Source: Horticoccus luteus | GTDB lineage: Bacteria > Verrucomicrobiota > Verrucomicrobiia > Opitutales > Opitutaceae | Reading direction: 5' to 3' | Assembly (NCBI RefSeq): GCF_019464535.1 | Contig: NZ_CP080507.1 | Coordinates: 2,250,001 to 2,282,000, forward strand | Length of the DNA: 32,000 nt | Part shown: positions 13,937-22,577 of the stretch, piece by piece | Position numbering within the stretch: the stretch's first letter is position 1 | Layout: each line of letters opens with the position of its first letter | Notes under the pieces: model-generated | Database searches by the model: none | What the model saw: the letters and a program-made list of their open reading frames with translations, nothing else | Told to the model about the DNA's origin: nothing | Program-made: the position numbers and the translations under genes

Positions 13937-15559
13937 ATGCCTGAGCGCCGCCCGCCACGCCTCGAACATTACACCGGAATTTTCTTCGACGAAATTCATC
14001 CCGGCTCCGCGTGGATGCGCGACACCGCCGTCTTGCGCCTCCCGCCCTTGCGCCAGTCGGTCGAACTCGTGCTGCGCGGCGAATTCATCACGCTGTCCAA
14101 CGCCGGGGCGCTCCCGCGCGCCGAGGTGTTGCTCGGCCGCCGCCGCGTGGCGCGTCTCGCCCCAACGTCTCCCGGGCCGTTCGCCATCGCCCTCACCGCC
14201 TCCGCCGCGCAAGCCGCGCACGGCCTGCACCTCACGCTCAAACTCCGCGGCGTCGCACTCACCAACGCCGCCGCCTGGCTCGGACGCCTCTTCGCTGGCT
14301 GGCCCGGCGCGGGCCGGCTGCAACGGTTCCGCGCGCAAACCAAAAACCGTCAGTTGCGCGTGCTGCGACTCGAGACCGCCGCCGGCGAGCTGATCTACGA
14401 TTTCGCCAACCGCACCGCGCCCATTTCCGCCGCCTTCAAGCGCCGCTACCTTCACCTCGGTCTCAACATTGCCGGGTTTTTCCGCGCCGACCTCGGCGTC
14501 GCAGAGAGCGCGCGCTGCATGGTCCGCGCCGCCGACGCCGCGAACCTCAACGTCGCGCTCATCGAACTCCGCCTCCCCTGCAAAAACCCCGCGACCGACG
14601 ACACCTACACGCCCCGCCTCGCCACCGCCGCGCCCGAATCGGTCAACGTCATCCATCTCGACGCCCCCGTCTCCCGCGACGTCGATCACTATCATCCCGG
14701 TCTGCGCGCCGGCCGTTATAACATCGGCTATTGGGCGTGGGAGCTGCCCGATTTTCCCGACGTCTGGGTGCCGCACGCACGTTATTTCGACGAAATCTGG
14801 GCGCCCTCGCGCTTCGCCGCCGACGCCATCGCCGCCAAAGTCCCCGTGCCTGTCCTGCCGATGCCGCACGCGATCGGCTTCACGCGCCCGACCGCCGCGC
14901 CTCCCGAGTTGCGCGCCAAATTCGCCCTCCCGCGCGACGGATTTCTTTTCCTCTTTCTCTGCGATCTCAACTCCTACGCCGAACGCAAAAACCCCCGCGC
15001 CGTCCTCGAAGCCTTCCGCCGCAGCGGTCTCGCCGGCACTGGCGCCGCGCTCGTCATCAAGGTGCACAACGTCACCGGCAACGAAGCCGATCTCGCCGCC
15101 CTCGAAGCCGCCGCCCGCGATCTCCCCGGCACCACGCTCCTCGCGCGCACGCTGCCGCGCCACGAAATCTACGAACTCGAAGCCGCGTGCGACGCCTTCG
15201 TCTCGCTGCATCGCGCCGAAGGTTTCGGACTCGCGCTCGCCGAGTGCATGTTTCTCGAACGCCCGGTGATCGCCACCAACTGGTCCGCCACCACCGAATT
15301 TCTCAATGCCGCCAACGGCTGTCCCGTCGACTACCGCCTCGTGCCCGTGGCCCGCAGTCACGGGCCCTACACGCAAGGCCAGGCGTGGGCCGACCCCGAC
15401 CTCGATCACGCCGCCGACTGGATGCGCCGCCTCGCCGGCGACCGCGCCCTCGCGCAACGCCTCGGCGCCGCCGCCCGCGCCACGATGGAAGAACACTTCT
15501 CGCCCGCCGTCATCGGCGAACGCTACCGCCGCCGTCTCGAAGCCATCGCCACGTGGTGA
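13937..15559 (+). CDS. Glycosyltransferase family 4 (GT-B) with an ~240-aa N-terminal non-GT domain
   Basis: 540 aa from ATG 13937; the track ORF 13724 start lies inside the divergent methyltransferase gene. The GT4 C-terminal half carries the EX7E-type region (SLHRAEGFGLALAECMFLERPVIATNWSATTEF). Confidence 0.8.
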   Translation: MPERRPPRLEHYTGIFFDEIHPGSAWMRDTAVLRLPPLRQSVELVLRGEFITLSNAGALPRAEVLLGRRRVARLAPTSPGPFAIALTASAAQAAHGLHLTLKLRGVALTNAAAWLGRLFAGWPGAGRLQRFRAQTKNRQLRVLRLETAAGELIYDFANRTAPISAAFKRRYLHLGLNIAGFFRADLGVAESARCMVRAADAANLNVALIELRLPCKNPATDDTYTPRLATAAPESVNVIHLDAPVSRDVDHYHPGLRAGRYNIGYWAWELPDFPDVWVPHARYFDEIWAPSRFAADAIAAKVPVPVLPMPHAIGFTRPTAAPPELRAKFALPRDGFLFLFLCDLNSYAERKNPRAVLEAFRRSGLAGTGAALVIKVHNVTGNEADLAALEAAARDLPGTTLLARTLPRHEIYELEAACDAFVSLHRAEGFGLALAECMFLERPVIATNWSATTEFLNAANGCPVDYRLVPVARSHGPYTQGQAWADPDLDHAADWMRRLAGDRALAQRLGAAARATMEEHFSPAVIGERYRRRLEAIATW

Positions 15560-15612
15560 TGCTCGCTCTGCGTAAGGGGGCTGGCCCTTTCGATTGACGC
15601 GGCGCCGGTGAA

Positions 15613-15677
15613 CCGTGCGCTCCGCTCGCGGTGGATTGCCGGCAACGTTGCGCCCAAGCCGCGCGCGGAGTGCACGG
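15613..15677. repeat. Imperfect palindromic (REP-like) element, copy 2, between convergent genes
   Basis: CCGTGCGCTCCGCTCGCG ...loop GTGGATTGCCGGCAACGTTGCGCCCAAGC... CGCGCGCGGAGTGCACGG. Same arms and loop as 9919-9984, in the same orientation. Confidence 0.8.
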
Positions 15678-15735
15678 CCCACCCGTCAGCCTATTACGCG
15701 AGCGTCCCTCATGTGCGCTTGCTCCCGCGCACGCC

Positions 15736-17337
15736 TCACTCACGCGCCACCGCGCTCACCGTCACGACCAGATCGCGCATGCAAAATCCCAGCAGCCGCG
15801 GATCGCCGGCGATCGTCTGCGGCGGCGCGTCGGTCTGAAACTCCAGGCGGTTCCACCCCGGCGCCAACGTCGTCGCCGCCTCCTCCGCGTGAACGCTTCG
15901 ATCCGTCACCTCGCCCTGCCAGATCTGCGCCGCAGCGTGGATCAACCTCACGCGGCGCGGCGCGATCGTGGACATCCCAAAGCGCAATTGCGCGCGCACC
16001 GGTCGCGCCGCGGGGTTGAAAATCTCCAGCACCGCACCGCCGTCGCTCCAGCACCACGTGTGCCCGTTCGCCGCCTCCACGCCATACCATCCGCTCACGA
16101 AACGCACGCTCATCGTCCGGCCGCCGTTCTCCCGCAACGCCGCTGGGCCTTCCACAGTGTAGCCCGGTCCCGGGGGCGGCGCGAATGCCGCCGGCGCGCA
16201 TACCAGCGTCAGGTTGCCCAGCATGAGCACGACGAGCCATTTTCGCCCGCGCGGCACGAGCACGTTAAACGCGAGCTGCATCGGCAGCAGCACGCGCGAC
16301 GCTGCGCCGGGATAGCCTTCCCACACCGCGTCGCCCAAAAATATCATCAACACCGCAAACGTCAGCGCCACGCGCCACCACGCATCGCGCCACCGCGGCC
16401 GCAGCACGAAGAACAGAAACTGGGTGGTCAGCGCGACGAGGGTCAGCAGGCTCCACCACGTGCCGAGGTTGCGCGCCGATCCGAAAAACGCCGACAGCAC
16501 CGTCGTCCACTTCGCCACGTAGCCGCTGAACGGTCCCGCGAAGTTGCGCGCGCCCAAGTCCGTCGCCGGCCCCACCACGCGCTCAATATAAACCAACCAC
16601 AGCGCGAGCGGCAGCGCCACCAGCCCAGCCCGCACTCCAGCGACCCACCATCGTCGCCACGGGCGCGCTTCCGCGGGCGCCAGCGCGATTCCGCCCAGCA
16701 GATTCGTCTCCTTGCCCAGTCCCGCGAGCGCGAGCAAACCGGTCGCCAGCCACGGACGTTTCTTCTCCACGCACCACACCGCCAGCGCGATGAGCAGCAG
16801 ACTCGGCCCGTCGATCAACGCATACCGCACACTCAGACAGATCCCGAACGAAAACAGCACGCCGAGCCAGCGCATCAGATTGCTCACGTTGACCGGCGGA
16901 AACCATCGCAGCAGCACCGCCGCGAGCGCGAACCAACACAGCGCGTTAAAGAGTGCGAAGGCCTGCAAAATCCACGCCGGCTGCCCCAGCCCCAGCAGAT
17001 ACGCCGTCCACGGCATCAAGATTCGCCGCCCGCGATACGGCAGGCTGTCCACTGCCTGCTTCAATGCCGGATCGCGCAACGACGGATGCACGGCGATCTG
17101 CGCGTAATACTGCGCGTCGTAACCATCCGAGTTTTGCGCCACGTAATAGTCCACGTTGCGCAGCGCCTCGATGCGCTCCTCCGCCTGTTTGCCGCCAAAC
17201 GCGATCAGGTAGGTGAACCCTTTCCCGGGCACATAAAATGCCGCGAACGACCACGCGAAAAACACCAGCGCCACGAGATACGCCGCTCTCACCCCGCGCA
17301 CGCGCGCTCCGTCGCCGCAAGCCCTGCGCCAGCTCAT
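15736..17337 (-). CDS. Polytopic membrane protein (GT-C-like or unknown) whose C-terminal domain is homologous to that of the 738-aa protein
   Basis: 534 aa from ATG 17337 (MSWRRACGDG..). The upstream 175 codons of the track ORF are Arg/Gly noise antisense to the next gene. About 10 TM helices, then GWYGVEAANGHTWCW...NPAARPVRAQLRF...IAGDPRLLGFCMRDLVVTV. Confidence 0.65.
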   Translation of the reverse strand: MSWRRACGDGARVRGVRAAYLVALVFFAWSFAAFYVPGKGFTYLIAFGGKQAEERIEALRNVDYYVAQNSDGYDAQYYAQIAVHPSLRDPALKQAVDSLPYRGRRILMPWTAYLLGLGQPAWILQAFALFNALCWFALAAVLLRWFPPVNVSNLMRWLGVLFSFGICLSVRYALIDGPSLLLIALAVWCVEKKRPWLATGLLALAGLGKETNLLGGIALAPAEARPWRRWWVAGVRAGLVALPLALWLVYIERVVGPATDLGARNFAGPFSGYVAKWTTVLSAFFGSARNLGTWWSLLTLVALTTQFLFFVLRPRWRDAWWRVALTFAVLMIFLGDAVWEGYPGAASRVLLPMQLAFNVLVPRGRKWLVVLMLGNLTLVCAPAAFAPPPGPGYTVEGPAALRENGGRTMSVRFVSGWYGVEAANGHTWCWSDGGAVLEIFNPAARPVRAQLRFGMSTIAPRRVRLIHAAAQIWQGEVTDRSVHAEEAATTLAPGWNRLEFQTDAPPQTIAGDPRLLGFCMRDLVVTVSAVARE

Positions 17338-17430
17338 GCTCACGCGCGCCGCCCGCGTCCCGCGCCCGCCCGCGCCGATCGCCCGCCCTCCATCATGTGC
17401 CGGCGAATACGCGGGTTTTTGATTTGTGGC

Positions 17431-18984
17431 ATGCGGAAGAAGAATGGCACGGTTACACCCGCGACAACGCAAAAGATGGACGCCCTCCGCCCGCCCGACT
17501 CTCCCGCCTGCCCTCCGCGCCTCTGGCCGCGCTCCCTCGTCGCGCTCGTCCTGCTCGTCGCGCTCGCCGCTTACGGCGCCTTCATGTTTCCGCGGCTCGG
17601 CGCCGTCGCGGGCGGCTCCGATTCCTCCGGCTATCTCAACAACGCCCGCCTGCTCGCGCAACGCCGGGTCACGGTCCCGGCCCGCCCCGTCGCGGGCGCG
17701 GAGCCACTCAGTGTCGGCGCGCGCGAGCCGCTTGGCTTTCATCCTTCCACCGACGACACCGCGCTCACCCCGACCTATCCCACGGGCTTTCCGCTGCTGA
17801 TTCTCGCCGCAACGACGTTCACCACCTGGACCGCCGCGCCCAACGTTGTCGCCGGGGCGCATCTGCTCGCCGGACTTCTCCTCACATATCTGCTGGCGCG
17901 CGCCTGCGGCCTGCGCCGGCCGTGGGCCGCGCTCGCGTTTCTCCTGCTCGCGTCATCGCCGCTCTTTCCCTTTATCGGCTTGCAGGCGATGAGCGATGTG
18001 CCCGCGCTCGTCTGGATCGCCGCCGCGGTGCTCGCGGCCCTGCATGCGCGTCGCCACGCCGCGTGGGCCGTCGCCGCCGGGTTCGCGTTTGGGCTTGCCG
18101 TTCTCATCCGCCCGACGAACGCCCTCGCGCTCCTTCCGCTCGCGCTTGCCCTCGGCGGGTCGTGGCGCCGCTGGCTCGGCTTCGGCCTCGGCGGTGCCCC
18201 TGCCGCCGCGTTTTTCGCGGCTTACAACCACGCTGCCTACGGCTCGATGCTGGCCACGGGCTACGGCAATCCCGGCACCGATTTCTCGCGCCATTTCTTC
18301 ATCGGCACACTCGGTCACTACGTCGTCTGGCTGCCGGTATTGCTTACTCCCGTCGTGCTCGCGGGTCTCGCGTTGCCCTTCATGCGGTCCCTCGCGCCCA
18401 TCCCCGTGAGACGCGTGCTGCTCGCGTGGGTCGCGGTCTTTCTCGGCTTTTTCGCGTGTTACCGTTTCACTTCGGAAACGTGGTGGTATCTGCGTTTTCT
18501 CCTGCCGGCGTTTCCGGCCTTGATCATCGGCGCCTTGCTCGTGCTGCAAGCCATCACGCCGCGCGCGCGCTCGCTCCTCTGGCCCGCGTCGGTCTGGGCG
18601 CTGGCGGCCTGCGCCATCATCGCGATCGGGGCCGGCGGCATGCGTTCCCTCCGCGCGCTCAAATCCGGCCGCGACGAATCCAGCTACGTTGAGGTGAGCC
18701 GCTGGGCCCAATCTCACCTTCCCGCCGATGCCGTCATCGTCTGCATGCAAAACAGCGGCGCGCTTTTCTATTATACCGACTTTGCCCTCTTGCGGTGGGA
18801 TTGGGTTAAGCCGGATGACTTCCGCCACATCGCCGCGGCCAACGCCGCCGCGCCGCACCCGATTTACGCGTTGTTGCAGGATTTCGAGGTGCCAACGGCG
18901 TTTCACCATCATCTCCCCGGCCGCTGGGAAGTCGTGGACCAGGTGCGCAACGTCACGATCTGGAAACTTCGCCCGTCCTCGTGA
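17431..18984 (+). CDS. GT-C-fold membrane glycosyltransferase (ArnT/PMT_2-like)
   Basis: 517 aa from ATG 17431; ATG 17476 is an alternative. This is the C-terminal part of the 1117-aa track ORF. Contains GGSDSSGYLNNARLL, TPTYPTGFPLLI, multiple TM helices, and a short soluble C-terminus. Confidence 0.7.
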   Translation: MRKKNGTVTPATTQKMDALRPPDSPACPPRLWPRSLVALVLLVALAAYGAFMFPRLGAVAGGSDSSGYLNNARLLAQRRVTVPARPVAGAEPLSVGAREPLGFHPSTDDTALTPTYPTGFPLLILAATTFTTWTAAPNVVAGAHLLAGLLLTYLLARACGLRRPWAALAFLLLASSPLFPFIGLQAMSDVPALVWIAAAVLAALHARRHAAWAVAAGFAFGLAVLIRPTNALALLPLALALGGSWRRWLGFGLGGAPAAAFFAAYNHAAYGSMLATGYGNPGTDFSRHFFIGTLGHYVVWLPVLLTPVVLAGLALPFMRSLAPIPVRRVLLAWVAVFLGFFACYRFTSETWWYLRFLLPAFPALIIGALLVLQAITPRARSLLWPASVWALAACAIIAIGAGGMRSLRALKSGRDESSYVEVSRWAQSHLPADAVIVCMQNSGALFYYTDFALLRWDWVKPDDFRHIAAANAAAPHPIYALLQDFEVPTAFHHHLPGRWEVVDQVRNVTIWKLRPSS

Positions 18985-20168
18985 CCATGCTCCTGCTCGA
19001 TCTCACGCACACGAGCCACACCGGCGCGCGCACCGGCATTCAGCAGCTCACGCGCGCGTTGCATGCCCAACTCGCCGGTCGCGTCGAGCCCGTGACGCGC
19101 GATCCGTATCTCAACGTCTGGCGCCGGCTCGAATCATGGGAGCGCGCCAACCTCGACGACACGGCCGCAACGACCTCCCGCTCTGCCCGCTGGCCGCGTT
19201 GGATCAAGTGGCGCGGGCGTGTGCTCCACGCGAGCGGACTCGCCGCCCGCCGGAGCCTTCAAGGTCAGGCCGCCGGCCTCATCGTGCCGGAACTTTTTTC
19301 GCCGACCGTCGCGCGCAGTCTGCCCGCATTGTTTGCCCATGTGGCCGGCCCGCGCGTCGCCGTGTTTTACGACGCGATTCCGCTCAAACTTCCGGAGCTC
19401 ACGCCGGCCGCAACCGTCGCGCGCTTCCCCGGTTACTTGCGCGAATTGCTCGCGTTCGACGGCATCGCAGCGATTTCCGAGGATTCGCGGGCGGCGCTCG
19501 TGGATTACTGGGAATGGCTCGGCGTCGCCTCGCCGCCTGTTGTCAGCGCCCTCCCGCTCGGCATCACTCCGCCCCTCCTCTCCGCCGAGTCCGCCGTCGC
19601 GCCCGAGGCCGTGCCCATTGTGTTGAGCGTGGGCAGCATCGAAGGACGAAAGAACCACGTCGCCCTCTTCGAGGCGTGCGAGCAACTCTGGGCGGCCGGT
19701 CGCCGTTTCGAGCTCCGCATCATCGGCCTCGCGCAGCGCCCGACCGGCACACGCGGACTGGAGCGGTTGCAGGCGCTCCAAGCGGCCGGGCGGCCCCTGC
19801 GCTACGATGGTGCCGCGAGCGATGCCACGGTCCGCTCCGCCTACGCTGGTTGCGCCTTCACCGTTTACCCGTCGCTGATGGAAGGTTTCGGCCTGCCCGT
19901 GCTCGAAAGTCTCGGTTACGGGAAACCGTGCATCTGTTCGGCGCGGGGAGCGCTCGGCGAGGCCGCGGCGGGAGGCGGATGTCTCACGCTTCCGCACGTC
20001 GATGCCTTCTCCCTCGCCGCCGCCATCGACGAATTGCTTTCCGCACCCGAACGGCGCGCTGCACTCACCGCCGAAGCCCGCCGCCGCCGCTTTCGCACCT
20101 GGTCCGAATACGCGCAGGCGTTGGTTGCCTTTACGCAGTCGGTTCCCGTGCGCCGCACCGGAAATTAG
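18981..20168 (+). CDS. Glycosyltransferase family 4
   Basis: 395 aa. GTG 18981 overlaps the preceding TGA by 4 nt (GTGA); ATG 18987 is an alternative. LLLDLTHTSHTGARTGIQQ N-terminus and YPSLMEGFGLPVLESLGYGKPCICS (EX7E region). Paralogous to 21433..22452. Confidence 0.85.
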   Translation: MTMLLLDLTHTSHTGARTGIQQLTRALHAQLAGRVEPVTRDPYLNVWRRLESWERANLDDTAATTSRSARWPRWIKWRGRVLHASGLAARRSLQGQAAGLIVPELFSPTVARSLPALFAHVAGPRVAVFYDAIPLKLPELTPAATVARFPGYLRELLAFDGIAAISEDSRAALVDYWEWLGVASPPVVSALPLGITPPLLSAESAVAPEAVPIVLSVGSIEGRKNHVALFEACEQLWAAGRRFELRIIGLAQRPTGTRGLERLQALQAAGRPLRYDGAASDATVRSAYAGCAFTVYPSLMEGFGLPVLESLGYGKPCICSARGALGEAAAGGGCLTLPHVDAFSLAAAIDELLSAPERRAALTAEARRRRFRTWSEYAQALVAFTQSVPVRRTGN

Positions 20169-20212
20169 CCTTTCCCTCGCGGGCGGGTGGCCTAATTTCG
20201 GCCATTCCATCC

Positions 20213-21409
20213 ATGGCGCTTCCGTTTTTCAGCCGCAGCAAGAACCCCGTTCTCGAACGCTGTCGCGACGATTACCTCACCAAGATGCGGTTGAAATACG
20301 CGCCGTATTATCACGCGTTGGGCGTGCCCCACGGCACGACGCTGCCCTACGAGGGCCACGACGTGATCATGCTTTCGAGCAATGATTATCTCGGCCTCTC
20401 GACGCACCCCAAAGTCATCGAAGCCGCGCGCAACGCGACCCTCGAGTGGGGCACCAGCACGACGGGCGCACGCTCGTCGAACGGTTCGCGCACGTTTCAC
20501 CTCGAACTCGAAGAACGCCTCGCCGCCTTCCTCGAACGCGAGGCCTGCCACGTGCATTCCGCCGGCTACCTCTCGTGCCTCACCTGCCTCGCCACGTTTC
20601 CGCAGAAAGGTGACGTCGTTTTCGCCGACAAAAATCTGCACTCCTGCATGTGGGACGGCTTGCGCCTCTCCCACGCCACGGTCGAGCGGTTCTCGCACAA
20701 CAATCCCGACGACCTGCGCGAAGTCGCCGCCGCCACGCACTCCCCGGCACCGAAGATCCTCGCCCTCGAGGGCGTCTATTCGATGGAAGGCCACACCTGT
20801 CGACTGCCTGAACTGCTCGCGATCGGCGAACCGCACGGCTGTTTCAGCATCGTGGACGACGCCCATGGCTTCGGCGTCCTCGGGCGGCAGGGCCGCGGCA
20901 CGGTCGACCACTTCCAACTCAATGACCGCGTCGACATCATCTGCGGCAGCCTCTCCAAATCCCTCGCGAGCGTCGGCGGCTTCGTCGCGGGTTCGCGCGA
21001 TTTGATCGAGTATCTGCGCTCCAATTCCAAGCAGACCATCTTCAGCGCCGCGATTCCCCCCGGCCAGGCCGCCGCCGCGCAAGCGGCCCTTGAGATCATG
21101 CAGACGGAGCCGTGGCACCACGAACGCCTGTGGGCCAACACCCGCCGCTACCGCGCGATGCTGCAAGACCTCAAACTTGACATCTGGGGCAGCGAAACTC
21201 CCGCGATTCCCATTGTCCTCGGCTCAAAGGAACGCGTCTACATCTTCTGGCGCGCTCTCCTCGAGAAAGGCGTTTTCACGGTCATGTCGATCGCCCCCGC
21301 TGTGCCCGCCGGCAAGGATCTCATTCGCACCGCGATCTCCGCGACCCACACCGACGAGCAAATGGATAAAATCCACGATGCGCTCGTCTACGCGTTGAAG
21401 AAACTCTGA
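20213..21409 (+). CDS. PLP-dependent alpha-oxoamine synthase, serine palmitoyltransferase-like
   Basis: 398 aa from ATG 20213. LEGVYSMEGH, VDDAHGFGVLGRQGRGT, and the PLP-lysine motif CGSLSKSLASVGGFVAG (compare Sphingomonas SPT VGTFSKSVGTVGGFVVS). HERLWANTRR and PAVPAGKDLIRTAISATHT also parallel SPT. Confidence 0.75.
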   Translation: MALPFFSRSKNPVLERCRDDYLTKMRLKYAPYYHALGVPHGTTLPYEGHDVIMLSSNDYLGLSTHPKVIEAARNATLEWGTSTTGARSSNGSRTFHLELEERLAAFLEREACHVHSAGYLSCLTCLATFPQKGDVVFADKNLHSCMWDGLRLSHATVERFSHNNPDDLREVAAATHSPAPKILALEGVYSMEGHTCRLPELLAIGEPHGCFSIVDDAHGFGVLGRQGRGTVDHFQLNDRVDIICGSLSKSLASVGGFVAGSRDLIEYLRSNSKQTIFSAAIPPGQAAAAQAALEIMQTEPWHHERLWANTRRYRAMLQDLKLDIWGSETPAIPIVLGSKERVYIFWRALLEKGVFTVMSIAPAVPAGKDLIRTAISATHTDEQMDKIHDALVYALKKL

Positions 21410-21432
21410 GTCGCGCCAGGCGCACGCTCCGC

Positions 21433-22452
21433 TCAGCACCCGAGAGCCGCCCGCACCTGCCGGGCCGTGTCCGCCCACGTCGGTAGCGGACGCGTCGCGG
21501 CCGCGGCGCGCAATTGCCGACGCAACTCCGCCTGCCCGACGACCGCCCGGACGGCCTCCGCCCACGCGTCGACCTCGCCGCTGCGCACGTAGACGCACCC
21601 GCCGCCGCGTTCGTGTTCGCGCAACACCGGCAAATCGCTGCACACGCACGGCACGCCCTGCCACAACGCCTCCACCACCGGCAGGCCACACCCTTCGGCC
21701 TGGGTTGGAAAAACCGCCACGCTCGCACCCCGATAAAGCTTTCGCAGTGCCGCATCGTCCGGCGCTTCGTGCCAGACGACCGCGCGCCCGCGCCGCCGCG
21801 CCGCCTTGATCGCCGCCACTGTGGCGCGCCCGAAATGCGGATTCATCCGACCCGCCACGTGCAAACGGAAATCCAGGCCCTCCCGCCATACCCGTTCGCA
21901 CGCCTCCAGCAGCAAGAGCTGATTCTTCCGCGGCTCAATAATGCCAACGCAAAGCAGACTCACCCTTTCCTCCGGTTCCGGCCCTGCCTGGCGCGGTTGT
22001 CCGTCAAAATCCGCGCCCAGCGTCAGCGCCGTGACCGCTGGTGCGTTCTCCCTCCCCAGCCAGCGCCAATAATGTTCGAGCTCGCCCCGGCTCGCCTCCG
22101 AATTCGCCAACACCCGACCAAACTGTCCCAGCATTTTCAGATAATGCGGATGACGCGCCACGCTCTGGGGCCACGTCACGTGCGGCAGTTTCATCGGAAT
22201 GGCGTCGTGATAAAGCGCCGCCGTCCGGGCTCCTTGGGCGGCGAGAAATGCGTTCATCCCCACGCGCTCATCCGGTGCAAACAGCTCCGCCGTCAGAAAC
22301 CAATCGCTTTCCCCCATCACACGCGGATCCCACTCGCCCCAACGCACCGGCGTGACCGCTGCCCCGAGCGCGATGCGCACGCGTTCGCTGGTGCGCATCA
22401 AACCGGAGCGCGGACCGCCCCGGCCGGCTTTGGTGACGTCGTAGAAAATCAC
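21433..22452 (-). CDS. Glycosyltransferase family 4 (paralogue of 18981..20168)
   Basis: 339 aa. IFYDVTKAGRGGPRSGLMR N-terminus, YHDAIPMKLPHVT...HYWRWLG (compare YDAIPLKLPELT...DYWEWLG in the paralogue), and FPTQAEGCGLPVVEALWQGVPCVCS. Confidence 0.85.
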   Translation of the reverse strand: MIFYDVTKAGRGGPRSGLMRTSERVRIALGAAVTPVRWGEWDPRVMGESDWFLTAELFAPDERVGMNAFLAAQGARTAALYHDAIPMKLPHVTWPQSVARHPHYLKMLGQFGRVLANSEASRGELEHYWRWLGRENAPAVTALTLGADFDGQPRQAGPEPEERVSLLCVGIIEPRKNQLLLLEACERVWREGLDFRLHVAGRMNPHFGRATVAAIKAARRRGRAVVWHEAPDDAALRKLYRGASVAVFPTQAEGCGLPVVEALWQGVPCVCSDLPVLREHERGGGCVYVRSGEVDAWAEAVRAVVGQAELRRQLRAAAATRPLPTWADTARQVRAALGC

Positions 22453-22577
22453 GCCGCCATCGCCGCAAAATCCGCGCGCCAGCGCAAAACGTTATTCGCG
22501 CCGCCCCGTTCGCGCGCGTCATTTCATTCCCGCCTTGCGGCCCTGCGCCCGGGTTCGGCATAAGCCCAAGTTTCACG

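Noticed and set aside
13864-13938. 25-codon N-terminal extension of the methyltransferase (track start 13938)
   Set aside because: It would make the start codon overlap the divergent GT4 start (CATG at 13936-13939) and leave no promoter space. The family-typical N-terminus (MSPEEHRKL..WYFRAL) begins at ATG 13863.
15574-15591. AAGGG-GGCTGG-CCCTT hairpin with a short T run after the GT4 stop, considered as a terminator
   Set aside because: The stem is only 5 bp and the T tract is only 3 nt. The adjacent 65-bp palindromic element is the more plausible structured terminator-like feature.
15631-17430. N-terminal 600 codons of the 1117-aa track ORF 15631..18984
   Set aside because: Only the part from ATG 17431 reads like a protein (a GT-C membrane enzyme). 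The upstream part is Arg-rich noise antisense to the 534-aa membrane protein gene, and it begins inside the palindromic repeat.
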